From Octopus sinensis (lineage: Eukaryota), in contig NC_042998.1 of the NCBI RefSeq assembly GCF_006345805.1, positions 18,104,001 through 18,168,000 on the forward strand: a stretch of DNA of 64,000 bases, in the 5' to 3' direction. Position 1 is the stretch's first letter. Every line of letters starts with the position of its first letter. Both the position numbers and the translations under genes were made by a program. Shown here in pieces: positions 12,774 to 26,214 of the stretch. The notes beneath the pieces are model-generated. The model saw only the letters and a program-made list of their open reading frames with translations, was not told the origin of the DNA and ran no database searches.

Positions 12774-13370
12774 GATAAATGCGATACAATAAAATTAATT
12801 ATAATCGCCGGTGTACCAGTACACGCCATATATTATACATATATCATTACATTCAAGGCGAAGAGTGCACTAGATACACAATAGCTGGATAAATTTAGTG
12901 AGATGAGAATTAAAAACTTTTACAAACTTAACTTTTCTTATACTGCAGTTTCGCCAAATTCAGTAATAAAAATAGTATTTATTTACTCAGGCTGGCTCTT
13001 CAGTAAGATTCCTGTTAATGATGGAAAGACCATATGAATAGATCCATGTGCGTCTATCGAAATGCTCTTTCTAAACTATTCAAAACACTGCGCAGACTCC
13101 GAACAAACCCGACAAAATAGGGGATTGTGGTATATCGTCTAACGGTCAGAAATTTATCGAGAGAATATGTAAACAAAGATAAATGCGATACAATAAAATT
13201 AATTATAATCGCCGGTGTACCAGTACACGCCATATATTATACATATATCATTACATTCAAGGCGAAGAGTGCACTAGATACACAATAGCTGGATAAATTA
13301 AGTGAGATGAGAATTAAAAACTTTTACAAACTTAACTTTTCTTATACTGCAGTTTCGCCAAATTCAGTAA
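12761..13370 (-). mobile_element. Non-coding HHR-bearing 1.5-mer (404-bp period), PLE pseudo-LTR/retrozyme-like
   Basis: 206-bp direct repeats at 12761-12966 and 13165-13370 (one difference seen). HHR spans the repeat/unique junction; the left end abuts (TA)n. Confidence 0.75.
12936..13008 (-). ncRNA. Type I hammerhead ribozyme
   Basis: TCTTA-CTGAAGA-GCC...GGC-GAAAC-TGCA-GTA-TAAGA: canonical core, 5-bp stem I, palindromic loop III, GUA cleavage triplet. Confidence 0.82.
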
Positions 13371-13450
13371 CATACGTACAAGCATACATAAACAATTTTA
13401 CACACACACCACACACACACACACACACACACCACACACACACACACACA

Positions 13451-13486
<36 letters not shown>

Positions 13487-13517
13487 TATATATATATATA
13501 TATATTATATATATTAT

Positions 13518-13561
<44 letters not shown>

Positions 13562-13792
13562 GGCGGCGACCTGGTAGAAACGTTAGCACGCCGGGCGAAA
13601 TTCGTAGCCGTATTTCGTCTGTCATTACGTTCCGAGTTCAAATTCTGCCGAGGTCGACTTTGCCTTTCATCCTTTCGGGGTCGATAAATTAAGTACCAGT
13701 TACGCACTGGGGTCGATGTAATCGACTTAATCCCTTTGTCTGTCCTTGTTTGTCCCCTCTGTGTTTAGCCCCTTGTGGGTAGTAAAGAAATA
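13562..13792 (+). mobile_element. SINE family A, full length
   Basis: ggcggcgacctggtagaaacgttagc head, gttcaaattc B-box-like motif, gtaaagaaata tail. Confidence 0.9.
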
Positions 13793-13807
13793 TATATATA
13801 TATATAC

Positions 13808-13860
<53 letters not shown>

Positions 13861-14108
13861 CATTCTTGAAATCGTATATCATTAATGTAAGGGTTCCATA
13901 AGTACCTCACTTTGCCTTTCAGTTGCTAATGCTCGCAGCAAAACGGGATCTCATCATTTTCAAGCACACACAAGTTGAGAATAAACGGGGTTTAGAATCC
14001 GGCTTCCAAAGCGCTACATCAATGGTCACTGTTTTCTGCACTCCACCAATCCCAGACCAATATTTCCACTGTATGTTAAATGAAAAAATGCTTTAGAATG
14101 AAGTCAAT

Positions 14109-14528
14109 AGGCACAGGAGTGGCTGTGTGGTAAGTAGCTTGCTAACCAACCACATTGTTCCGGGTTCAGTCCCACTGCGTGGTATCTTGGGCAAGTGTCT
14201 TCTGCAATAGCCTCGGGCCGACCAAAGCCTTGTGAGTGTATTTGGTAGACGGAAACTGAAAGAAGCCTGTCGTATATATGTATATATATATATATATGTG
14301 TGTGTATATGTGTTTGTGTGTCTGTGTTTGTCCTCCTAGCATTGCTTGACAACCGATGCTGGTGTGTTTACGTCCCCGTCACTTAGCGGTTCGGCAAAAG
14401 AGACCGATAGAATAAGTACTGGGCTTACAAAGAATAAGTCCCGGGGTCGATTTGCTCGACTAAAGGTGGTGCTCCAGCATGGCCGCAGTCAAATGACTGA
14501 AACAAGTAAATGAGTAAAAGAGTAAAAG
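14109..14528 (+). mobile_element. SINE family B (tRNA-like head, internal microsatellite, (gagtaaaa)n tail)
   Basis: ggagtggctgtgtggtaag...ggttcagtccc head, repeated about 10 times in the window. Confidence 0.92.
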
Positions 14529-15179
14529 TGAGATATATTGACACTGGGAGTTACTCAACTCTGAAGAAAGTTTTATCTGCTCTCTTTGTTTAATCTCTGA
14601 CGATAATGTAGTAAATTAAAATCATTATCATATCTTTCTAACTTCAATCATTGATTGTTATGAGCGTAAGAATGTGAAGTTTGACATACACACCTATGTT
14701 GTATACGAAACGGATACAATGTAGCACTTTGAATGTATTGCTAATAGTAAAATTAAATTAGCTTTGATATATATACTGTTTAAATACAACAAGTCTCAAA
14801 TTAATTAGTATTGAGCACATCATACAAAATTGCCACTCATCCATTCTGACCACATGACAAAGTCACCGTGTTATCAGAATAATATGTCTTCAATTTATTA
14901 TATTTTCCATTACTAGATACAATATTATTTGCATATATGCACATTCATAGATAGACATAGATACCATTACTTCAAAGTTCTATAATTCAAGATTACCAAT
15001 ATACAATATTTTTTCTCACATTTATTGTTAAAACTGCATGCAATATTAAACATTGCATGCTTCGGCTATACATCCACGCATGCATACATAATTACATAGA
15101 TCCATACACAAATGCTTGCACACACACACATATACACGCATGCATGCAACGCAAAAGCTGTCAGGTTATATGGGGCAAG

Positions 15180-15323
15180 GGCGAGCTGGCAGAAACGTTA
15201 GCACGTCGGGCGAAATGCTTAGCGGTATTTCGTCTGCCGTTACGTTGTGAGTTCAAATTCCGCCGAGGTCGACTTTACCTTTCATCCTTTCGGGGTCGAT
15301 AAATTAAGTACCAGTTAGAAATA
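15180..15323 (+). mobile_element. Short SINE family A variant with a 15-bp TSD
   Basis: TSD tatatggggcaaggg at 15167-15181 and 15324-15338. Confidence 0.88.
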
Positions 15324-15546
15324 TATATGGGGCAAGGGAACCATTCAAAATTACTTACATTTATAAACAAGACACCGCAAAATAACCCATCCTATTCACC
15401 AGTTTTATGAACAGATATAATGCGAAGAAGACATCTACTAAGTTATGAAATGCTATACACATACGCTGAATGACGTATTGCAAATGCTTTAAGATATCAT
15501 AAACTGTCTTCAAATAACTTCTGAATGTTTCCCTTTCTTTTAATAA

Positions 15547-15586
<40 letters not shown>

Positions 15587-15798
15587 GCAAGCATATATAC
15601 ATCTAGATATATATTAACGAAGAATTTATCTTACCTGTAAAATTAAGTGTTATTACGATCATTCAGAATATTAAATAGATTTCAAGAAAGTTTGCTCAGT
15701 GTTAATATATTTGTCATATTAAATGTGATGCATGTACTTCAACACTTCGTAGCCATACTTAAAATTTTTTGAAATATTATTTAGCTTTTAGAAATATT

Positions 15799-16031
15799 TA
15801 TTTATTTACTACCCACAAGGGGCTAAACACAGAGAGGACAAACAAGGACAGACAAAGGGATTAAGTTGATTACATCGATCCCAGTGCGCAACTGGTACTT
15901 AATTTATCGACCCCGAAAGGATGAAAGGCAAAGTGGACCTCGGCGGAATTTGAACTCAGAACGTAACGTCAGACGATATACGGCCACGCATTTCGCCCGG
16001 CGTGCTAACGTTTCTGCCAGCTCGCCGCCTT
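15799..16031 (-). mobile_element. SINE family A
   Basis: Full body; probable TSD tagaaatatt at 15789-15798 and 16033-16042. Confidence 0.9.
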
Positions 16032-16277
16032 ATAGAAATATTAGCTTTTAACTCTGCTGGAAACAAAAATTCTGTCTTTTGCAATGTTCTCTCTTTTCTG
16101 TTTCCATCTTAATCTCTTCTAATGATTCAATATGTATTTTTTAGCGCTTCTTAGAAGTTGTCATATTTCTTACCCCTCATAATATGTTGAGAGGCGCCTC
16201 TGTCAGAATGGTGTAGATTCTTCTGATGAGAACACGATAGGGTTTAAAAATCGATTAAGGCTGTTCATCATTTTTAT

Positions 16278-16445
16278 AGGTGCAGGAGTGGCTGCGTGGT
16301 AAGTAGCTTGCTTACCAACCACATGATCCCGGGTTCAGTCCCACTGCGTGGCACCTTGGTTAAGTGTCTTCTATTATAGCCTCGGGCCGACCAAAGCCTT
16401 GTGAGTGGATTTGGCAGACGGAAACTGGAAGAAGCCTGTCGAATA

Positions 16446-16516
<71 letters not shown>

Positions 16517-16770
16517 TATATATATATATATATATGTATATGTATATGTGTGTATATTTTTGTGTTTGTGTTTGTCACCCAAACATCGATTGACAACCGA
16601 TGCCGGTGTGTTTACGTTCCCATAACTTAGCGGTTCGGCAAAGGGGACCGATAAAATAAGTACTAGGCTTACAAAGAATAAGTTCTGGGGTCGATTTGCT
16701 CGACTAAAGGCGGTGCTCCAGCATGGCCGCAGTCAAATTACTGAAAGAAGTAGAAGAGTAAATGAGTAAA
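16278..16770 (+). mobile_element. SINE family B
   Basis: Same head, microsatellite and tail structure as 14109-14528. Confidence 0.92.
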
Positions 16771-17481
16771 GGAGTGCATTCTAGAGTTTATATTACAATA
16801 TAGCATTAATGCTGACAACAACCTAACCAAGAAGCTAAATGGTCATGTGCCTTTTACGAAGTGTGTAAAGATTACATCTAACTCTGACAGAGTTATTAAG
16901 CTCTTTCTGCTTGTTTATTGTAAATGTAATAATAACAACATATTCTTGTACTTTTGTGTCTAAGTGCATGTATACAAAATCATATATTTAATTATATCCA
17001 TTGGGTCTTTCATAACATTAATGCAACATTTCTACTCTCATACTTATTTGTGATATGAATGACTAACAGAAGATTGTAATCTTCACTCTTTCTTGATGTT
17101 TATAATAAAAAAAAAATGTAACGATATGCTCAAAATGAGAGAAGTTTTCAAACTTATCGCTACATCATCTGGCTATCAGCTGATATCATTGTAAAATCGT
17201 CAGCGTATCCTATATCCGGGATTGTCTGCCTCAAGTTGCATTGTGAGAACAATGTACATATATTTCAATATAACACTGAATTATCTAAAGAAACATTAAT
17301 TCGCGTAAAGTGCAAATTCTACAATTCATCACATCGCATGAGTAGCGTATTATGCAGTCCTACGTTAATATATGTACATTTAATCAGATATATCAAATAC
17401 ATACTACAATATTACATAGTTATATTGGTTTTAGATATGGTTTCCGCATTAATTTGCTCTGAGTTTGACTGTTATATATTG

Positions 17482-17728
17482 AGGCGCGTGACTTAGTAGT
17501 TAGGGTGTCAGCATCATGATCGTATAATTGTGGTTTCGATTCCTGGACCGGGCGACGCGTTGTGTTCTTGAGTAAAACACTTCATTTCACGTTGCTCCAG
17601 TCCACTCGGCTGGCAAAAGTGAGTAGCGCTGAGATGGACAGGCGTCCCATCCAGCTGGGGAATATATACGCCATTGAACTGGGACACCGGGCCCATCAGC
17701 CTGGCTAGGCTTTAAAAGGGCGCATTTA
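17482..17728 (+). mobile_element. tRNA-derived SINE (family D; shares its core with family C)
   Basis: Head with ggtttcgattcc B-box; core gttgtgttcttgag...atttcacgttgctccagt is shared with 48806-49138. Confidence 0.75.
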
Positions 17729-17861
17729 TTATTATTATTTTTTTTACTGTTATATACACAAATACTTATAGACAAGCATATAATATACACTTCCAGTACT
17801 AAAGCATACTCACACACACACGTGCTCACGCACACACACATACACACTAACATATAATATA

Positions 17862-18256
17862 CTAGCAGTATCGCCCGGCGTTGCTCGGGTTTGTAAGGGA
17901 AATAACTATATAAGCATTTTTAGAGATGTAAAGTATAATAGCCATCTCAATATGGCTAACCACAAAGGGGGGTGTTACTATAGCTTTTTACGTTCTGAGA
18001 TTTAATAATAAATTTTTAGAGAGTTACTTCCCTTATATATGCCAAAAATGCATTAAAAGTGGGAAAAATTGACGGTAATTTTTTTTAAAATCGTAAACTC
18101 ATCGTAGACGCGCGCTAATACCCAGAAGGGCTCGATATGAATCACGACTATAAGATACCCGGTTTTGGTTAAACTGCACCGAAAAAATGTGGGAGTAGTT
18201 AGGAATCTAAATCGTAGGAGACAGACAGCACACAACCTTACTTTTATATATAAAGA
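17862..18256 (-). mobile_element. Non-autonomous Helitron, copy 2
   Basis: TC...hairpin...CTAG termini at an A^T site; near-identical to 5601-5996. Confidence 0.85.
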
Positions 18257-19014
18257 TATGTATTTGTTTCTGTGTGTTGTAGTGTGAATGTGTGTCATTA
18301 TGTTTTCTGTGTTGTTCGTTGAATATAAAGCTACTCTGGATCTGTTTTTGTCTAGAATGTTCTGCGAGGAAAGCGTTGTAGATTCCGTGTTCCCAATTTT
18401 GTCGATCGGATTTGTAATTATATTTCTGTTTCCATTTGATCTGTTTGGAGACAAATGTAAATGATCATTGCGATTGTAATCTTCCATTTATATGTATTAA
18501 AATGCTTGGATGTAAGGGGAGGAAATGACTGAGAGGAGAATGTGAGAGAACATAAGAGAACATGAGAGAGAGAGACGTAAGTAAGAGAAATATAGAGTGA
18601 GAGAGGATCTATTCATGTGACTGAGTAAATTAAATGGTTATGGGATTTGAAGAGTGGAAGATATGGCGGAATATGAGATCATAATCTAGCACTGATAAAG
18701 ATAATTACCATAAAATATATTGACATAAAATTCATGACATGGGAATTTGGGATATGCTGTATGCGTATGTGAATAATCATGGCAAAGATATTCTCTTCGC
18801 AATCCCTTGCTTCGAATTTTCTTGCACAGGAAGAAATACAAATTGTCTGCTATCATACAGTGGGATCAATTCAAGCTTTGTGAGTGAAACTGGAACAGCG
18901 TAACATCCAAAAGCTTGTCGGATCTGATGCATTTATAACTCAAAAAAGCGTTCTCACTTGGAGCGAGAATGTTTATGCTATGAATTACGGCAATGTTAGA
19001 AGTATTTGTTCAAC

Positions 19015-19423
19015 AAATACCTATTTCTTTCTTGCCAACAGGGGGCTAAACATAGAGGGGAAAAACAAAGGGTTTAAGTTGATTACACCGACACCAGTGA
19101 TTAAGTTGATTACACCGACCTCATTTAATCGACCCCGAAAGGATGAAAGGCAAAGTCGATCTCGGCGGTGTTTGAACTCAGAACGTAATGGTAGACGAAA
19201 TACCTATTTATTTACTACCCACAAGGGGCTAAACACAGAGAGGACAAACAAGGGCAGACAAACGGATTAAGTCGATTATATCGACCCCAGTGCGTAACTG
19301 GTACTTATTTAATCGACCCCGAAACGATGAAAGGCAAAGTCGAACTCGGTGGAATTTGAACTCGGTAGACGAAATACAGCTAAGCATTTCGCCCGGCATG
19401 CTAACGATTCTGCCAGCTCGCCC
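19015..19423 (-). mobile_element. SINE family A dimer with a 12-bp TSD
   Basis: TSD tatttgttcaac at 19003-19014 and 19424-19435; internal tail-to-body junction at 19197-19210. Confidence 0.88.
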
Positions 19424-20207
19424 TATTTGTTCAACTAATATCATCGATATAGATGCACTGTGCATTTGTATTATATTTAGCTTAACATATCTTGGTTTTA
19501 TGAATCCGCTATGCTCTGTGAAATGATTTGTTTCTTTGCAGATTTTATTGGAGGATATGTTATGTACAATATCTTCTTGTTAGGCTACTTGTAAGTAATT
19601 ATAACTATTCTGTTCCAGATTCTCTAAGTATCAACTTGTGAAAGTAGCATACACGTAGCTGGGAAATCCACAGGCCCCGTACCCTTAACGCAATTCTCAG
19701 AGTAATTCAGCGTTCCATACAATGTAACAAGGTGAGTACATTGAATTATAGGTACTACTCAAATTTTTTACCAGCTGAGTGGACTGGAGCAACGAGACTT
19801 TGTCTTTCATCATTTCGGGGTCGATCAAATAAATACCAGTCACGCTCTGGGGTCGACGTAATCGACTTGATCCTTTTGTCTGCCCTTGTTTAGCTCCCTG
19901 TGGGCAATATAGAAATAGATACTGATGTTGGTACAAATCATTCCGATTATCGATATTGTAGGTATTATTTCCGTGCACAGTTATTGGAGGATGTGTATCC
20001 TTGTATCTAAAAGTGAAATCAAGCAACTATGCGGTGTGCTTGATTAACATAAAGATATTTCATGAATTATTTAACAACATTGTATTACTATAATATTTGT
20101 CTTTGTCATAACTAGAATTCGATCATCGAAACTATGGATAGCAATCGATACCATTTGCTATCGATACTTCTGTTATCGACGTAAAAATAGAGAAATGAGG
20201 TTCATTC

Positions 20208-20672
20208 TTCTACTTTACTTTTACTTTTACTTTTACTTGTTTCAGTCATTTGACTGCGGCTATGCTGGAGCACCGCCTTTTAGTCGAGCAAATCGACCCC
20301 GGGACTTATTCTTTGTAAGCCCAGTACTTATTCTATCGGTCTCTTTTGCCGAGCCGCTAAGTGACGGGGACATAAACACACCAGCATCGGTTGTCAAGCA
20401 ATGCTAGGGGGACAAACACAGACACACAAACATATACACACATACATACATACATATATATATATATATTATATATATATATATATATATAATATATATA
20501 TATATATACGACAGGCTTCTTTCAGTTTCCGCCTACTAAATCCACTCACAAGGCATTGGTCGGCCCGAGGCTATAGCAGAAGACACTTGCCCAAGATGTC
20601 ACAAAGTGGGACTGAACCCGGAACCATGTGGTTGGTTAGCAAGCTACCTACTACACAGCCACTCCTGCGCCT
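20208..20672 (-). mobile_element. SINE family B
   Basis: Reverse complement of the family B consensus seen elsewhere in the window. Confidence 0.92.
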
Positions 20673-21221
20673 ATATGAACAATTCTAATAAACAATTCTA
20701 CATTATCAGAATGCAATTAATTGGAACATGACACTAAGACGCTTTGACTAATTCTCTCCTGTATTTTTGTTTGAAGTATTCTCCTTTCTAGTATTGTTTG
20801 GGGTATTTTTTTATTTCTTGTATTGAGAAACGGGCTGAGTCTCTATCACATTAGTAGGCCACTACCCAAACCGGGGGATCGATGTTGGTAATATTCTTCC
20901 CCAACTGAAAGGTGATAGTTGCAAGAAAAAACGGTTTAAGATTTTAATTCCAGGGGATAATCTGAGGGGAAAGAAACCAAAAACCGTTTAGAGCAAGGCG
21001 TGATATGGGGATAATATAAAAGATGATATAAATTTATGGAAGAGATAGAAATAAATACATTGGACATATGAATTTGCTATTAATGCCACGTATATCTTAC
21101 TAGTGAATGTACACGCAATAAACCAACAAAATTATATAAATATAAAGTCAGAGAGAAAAATATGTTAAAATTGTGATATAAATTCTTCAGAGTTGAAAAA
21201 AGGCGCTAATTTATTAATATT

Positions 21222-21436
21222 CTTTTCTACTCTAGGCACAAGGCCCGAAATCTTTGGGTAGAGGGGTCATTCAATTAGATCGAATCCAGTATGCAGCTGG
21301 TACATAATTTATCGACCCCGAAAGAATGAAAGGCAAAGTCCACCTCGGCGGAATTTGAACGCGGAACCTAAAGACAGACAAAATGCAGCTAAGCCCAGCT
21401 AAGCCCGGCGTGCTAACGTTTCTGTCAGGTCGCCGA
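21222..21436 (-). mobile_element. SINE family A-related variant (alternative tail)
   Basis: Family A head and core with a tcttttctactctaggcacaagg tail, as at 56464-56684. Confidence 0.8.
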
Positions 21437-21940
21437 TTTATTAATCTTTTGTCTACCAATGGGTTCAATGGACCCATTTCAGTTTTTTTCAGTTGCTTTA
21501 TCTTACTGTTTATATTAGCTGATTCTGTTGATTTCTCATGGCACATTTTTATTTGACTCTCTGTTATTTGTCAAGCTATTTATAAAAAGCTAGAAAATTC
21601 CACTTTATACATCAATTACTGTATAATTATACGTTAATTACTGTATGGGTTCATTGGACACTCGAATGAAATTCAGACAATACTCTTGTCATTCTCAACA
21701 GAATAAAAGCTGTATCAAATATCATTTTCCTAGATATTTATGAGATAAAATTGTATTCAAGTTGTCTGCCGAATTTTTGGAAAATAGGCAAAATTATGAA
21801 AATATTGCTGTAAATTTCTGTGGGATTGCATTACCTTCAGATTTCCCTTATTTTAAAATAAAAGTTGACGATGTAGTTATATATTTCTGATTATCTAGAT
21901 ATTAAGATGTATTATTTTTCCTTCTGTTATTTTTTTGCAG

Positions 21941-22190
21941 GATAAACGATCCACGCTACAACTCACTGATGCGATATGCATTCATGATGCTTCGGAAATT
22001 TTTGTTATGTATTGTATCGCTTGTAACAAATACTATAACCAGTGGTTAAATACATTAATTACAATCGAGTAGATTATATCGGAAAAAATAAACATGATCT
22101 AATGAAGTTTTTAAATGTCATAATATCATACTTCCAAACTATATCATGCATCAAAAGCATTACTTAGATCTTTCGGGCACAAGTATCGTA
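21941..22190 (+). pseudogene. Possible decayed B-box zinc-finger exon (TRIM-like)
   Basis: Strong acceptor ttttttgcag at 21931-21940, then DKRSTLQLTDAICIHDASEIFVMYCIACNKY. GKNKHDL follows in a shifted frame. Confidence 0.3.
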
Positions 22191-22207
22191 TGGAATATGT
22201 ATATATA

Positions 22208-22280
<73 letters not shown>

Positions 22281-22313
22281 ATATATATAATATATATACA
22301 TATATATTTATAC

Positions 22314-22395
<82 letters not shown>

Positions 22396-22524
22396 CTTTA
22401 TTTAAAGCAGCAGAAAATTCAACATTTGTTGAATTTTCTGCTGCTTTAAATAAAGCATATTACTCTACCACTGGTATTTGAGTACTCTTTTCTCCACCTT
22501 GTTTCACATTTATGTGTTTACTCC

Positions 22525-22588
<64 letters not shown>

Positions 22589-22607
22589 TATTTATTTATA
22601 TATATAT

Positions 22608-22685
<78 letters not shown>

Positions 22686-23404
22686 AGATAGACAGACAGG
22701 CAAAGACAGAGAGAGATTGAGATAAATTTGGTACTTAAGTGGGGGCACCAGAATTTAGTAATGTATTATGCATACAATTTCAAAGTAAGGTGATTAAAAT
22801 CAAATTAACAACAAGGATATCCAGGGGTAATGCAGTACGATCGTTTCATGCAACTCTATTTAATTGAAAAATGCAATCATTACATCAATTTAAAATGCAG
22901 AGCAATCTTCAACTGCACAAAGACATAGAATTTAATTAAATTAGAACAGATGGACAGATTAGTATAAATATACCTAATCTCCAAGAAGTTAAGGAGATAG
23001 ATAAAGAACATGCTGTCTCACTCCAGCGTAGAAGTTACTAAGCTTTACAAGAAGATATACATTGTTACAGACTCTGCCTGTCCTGATTGTTTTTTGTTTT
23101 ATGGGGTCAGTTTTAATTTATAGTCTAGTTTGTCAAATCCCTTGTATATCTAAGGCTGAAAGAAGAGATAGCAGTATCTATTGGGGCTGAGGGACCAGAC
23201 AGACATCATAGTTGGTATAGTAAAAAAAAAAACAAAATTTATTAGAAGCAATATCATGAGGTTTGGTTAGGAAAACGTAAAACAAGATGTTATCTGACAA
23301 TTAAGGGGGTGACGCGCTAGCAGACCATTGATAAGGAAACAGGGGAAGTCTTATCATTATAATTATCATTATCGTCAGTAGTTGTAGTAGTATAGGTGGT
23401 GGTG

Positions 23405-23419
23405 GTATTATTATTATTA

Positions 23420-23508
<89 letters not shown>
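23405..23508. repeat. (TAT)n(TAG)n trinucleotide microsatellite
   Basis: Read directly from the sequence. Confidence 0.95.
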
Positions 23509-24449
23509 ATGTTTTTTAATATTAATATCATCATCTAAGGCGACGAGATGGCTGCATCTTTAACACGCCGGTCTAAATACTTAACGTCTTTCCGTCCGTT
23601 TTCACATTCTGAGTTGAAATTTTCGAATTCCGCTTTCACCCTTTCGGTGGTCAATAAAATATTATCAGTTGAATGCTGTGGTTGATGTAAAACTGCTCTC
23701 CTAAAACTGCTGGCCTTGAACCAAAATTTGAAACCAGTATTAACATCATAACCATTACAAAAATAAAAGACTGTCGTATGCGGGTTATTTGATGCCATAT
23801 TAAATATGCAAGAAAAGCTTATTTTTCAACTATATCAATTTGAAGTCTATCAGAGTCGCTCCATTCCGTCGTGCAGTACGACTGGGTCACGCTGGTTCTC
23901 TTACTAATTTTCTCTTCTGCTTAGCTGATATTAATTTCAGTGAAAATGCTTTGAGATGCTACACTTCTTCAATTTATGTATATTTTCTACTATTATACTG
24001 TATTGACAGAATCGTTTACCGCTTCATCTCTAACTCAACGGAGACTACGTAGTGGCGACTAACATCTTGTCGATATTATGTTTCTCAAATTAGTTCTGTG
24101 ATTGCACTTGGGATACATATATTAAGGTTTCACTTGGAAGTTTAAGGTCTGTTTTCGCATCCATTCAACAATGCTTGTATAACTACTTATCATGTATATC
24201 ATTAATTCTCTCTACTTCAGTTTAGCCATACAATCTTTATCATTCTTTTTTGCCGTTCCTTTATAATCATTCTTTTTCGTGCTGTTCTTTAATTTACTTT
24301 TTTCTTTTAACAGTCATTATTTCTTAATCTCTCGTCTCCATAAAATCTCACATTTTTACTTTGATCAGCCAAATTTCAACATTGTTCTGTAGGTACCAAC
24401 CAAGAATGTAACCTACATTTGTGTAATCAAACTACCGGGTAGATAATAC

Positions 24450-24545
24450 CATCATCATCATCACCATCAGATTCATCAGATTCATAGTTATTCTCCTCAT
24501 CATCAATATCAACATTCAGGGAAACATTCTTATACGTAGCACTGC
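24450..24545 (-). CDS. Candidate 96-bp phase-1/1 exon, acidic Tyr-motif peptide (copy 1)
   Basis: tttttgattag|GC-SATYKNVSLNVDIDDEENNYESDESDGDDDD-G|gtatta; open frame; duplicated 2040 bp away. Confidence 0.5.
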
Positions 24546-24829
24546 CTAATCAAAAATATGTTAATATTTCGTTTAATTTTCGTGAATTTGAGATGAAGTG
24601 CTGTTATTACTTTTTTCAATGCAGGGATATAAGTTATAATTACTGTTAACGTATTTCTATTTATGCTTAGAATTTCTCATATTTCTTATTTCGGAAATGG
24701 TCGATAGATTATTACTACAGCTGGTCAGACGTTTATTGTCATAATATTTTCCTATTAGCTATTTAAATTCAAATTCGACCTTCCAAAACATCGTTTTTCA
24801 AATGTTTCTACATTTTAATTTTTCCAGGA

Positions 24830-25140
24830 TCTGGAGTTCGCTTCGCCAATACATATTCTAAAGTTGTTGCTATACAGAGAACATTAGAACGGCCGCAGTG
24901 TAAGGGTGACTTGGAAATTCGTGAAGTGTTCCATATCTATAGGAGAAGACGCTTGCTTTGATTACGACTCAAAGCAACGTCATGCACTCTGGTATCTAGG
25001 AGAGCAGAACCAAACCATACGGCTTCTTGTAATCTATTAAGCATATTGTCAAGTTATATTGATGTCTCTTGCAACTATATTTTGCTTAATAGAAGCTAAT
25101 CTTTGGATCCGATATTCTTCACTAAGATATTTTTGCGCTT
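24830..25140 (-). mobile_element. Decayed non-LTR retrotransposon RT fragment (R4/Dong-like)
   Basis: GSKD*LLLSK...IDYKKPYGLV matches the GxKDQLL...WIDYKKAYD region of R4/Dong-type RTs. Confidence 0.6.
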
Positions 25141-25507
25141 CTGAAAAAAAGACAATACCTACATTATTATTATCAAGGCGCTACATGGTAGAACCGAGCA
25201 ATGTGCTTAGAGGGTGAGGCTGAGACATAAAATAATCTATTCTGGCTTTACGTCCTGAGTTCGAATGCTGTCGATGTCAAATTTGTCGTTTATTCTTTCT
25301 GAGTAAATGATATATTTACAAGTTGTCAACTGGGGTCGACAAAATATTTCAAGCCTTGTAACTGTTGGAAAAAGGAATTATCTTTATTTTACTTTTAACT
25401 CAGGTTGAATTATTATTTTTATTTTCATTCGGTTTGGAATTCCTGGAATATTTCTGGCACAAAGGGTTTGCTATCTGCAGTCGACGGTACAATGGTAGCT
25501 GTTCTTT

Positions 25508-25850
25508 TCAACTATCTAATACTTTCTTGATGATTCTGGCGTGTAACAACATTAGCAAAAGCTCTACTGGGCATTCTATTCCTGCTTTTATTATCTTCCT
25601 CTTGATACCTTTTGATACTGTCCTCAAGGGCTCAAAAATATTTGGCACTATCTCCACCTTTTCCATTTTCCACAATCGAGTCATCTCAAACTTAAGGAGA
25701 TTGTACCTGTTTCATTTTTTCCTTCCTTCTTAACTATTCGAAGGTCAAAGGTGTACTCAAAATCACTTACAGAGCACATCTGGTTCACCTAGTCCACCGC
25801 TACAATGTCCTGACTGGTTGTGCCCAGGCACATGATTTCTTGGGATTGGG
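25508..25850 (-). mobile_element. Decayed R4/Dong-like C-terminal restriction-like endonuclease fragment
   Basis: HNQSxIVAVD-like PDI region, then TRLWKMEKVEIVP...RTVSKGI...VELL...ARIIKKVLDS*. Confidence 0.7.
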
Positions 25851-26214
25851 AAACCCCAAGGATTTTTTTTTATGTCTCCGACTCAGTCACACTTTGTGGT
25901 TTGTGCTCATGCCATGATGCGGCTTGGCAGAATTGTCAGATCGTTAAACAAAATGCTTAGGAGTGGTTTCGCTTCACGTTCTGATTTCAAACACCACCGG
26001 GGTGGATACTGCCTTTCATCATTTCGGATCTATAAAAGTAAGTACCAATCAAGTACAAAGATTGATCGATCCGTGTACTTCACTTTAATAAACAAGCTCC
26101 ATTCTCAGAATCATTTTTGAGTTGAGTCAGGTTCGAGATTATTATTAGCAAGGTTGACGTGGGTAGCGGGTTACTATTTATAACCTTATGTATGCACTAG
26201 CTGTTAATAGTCTT

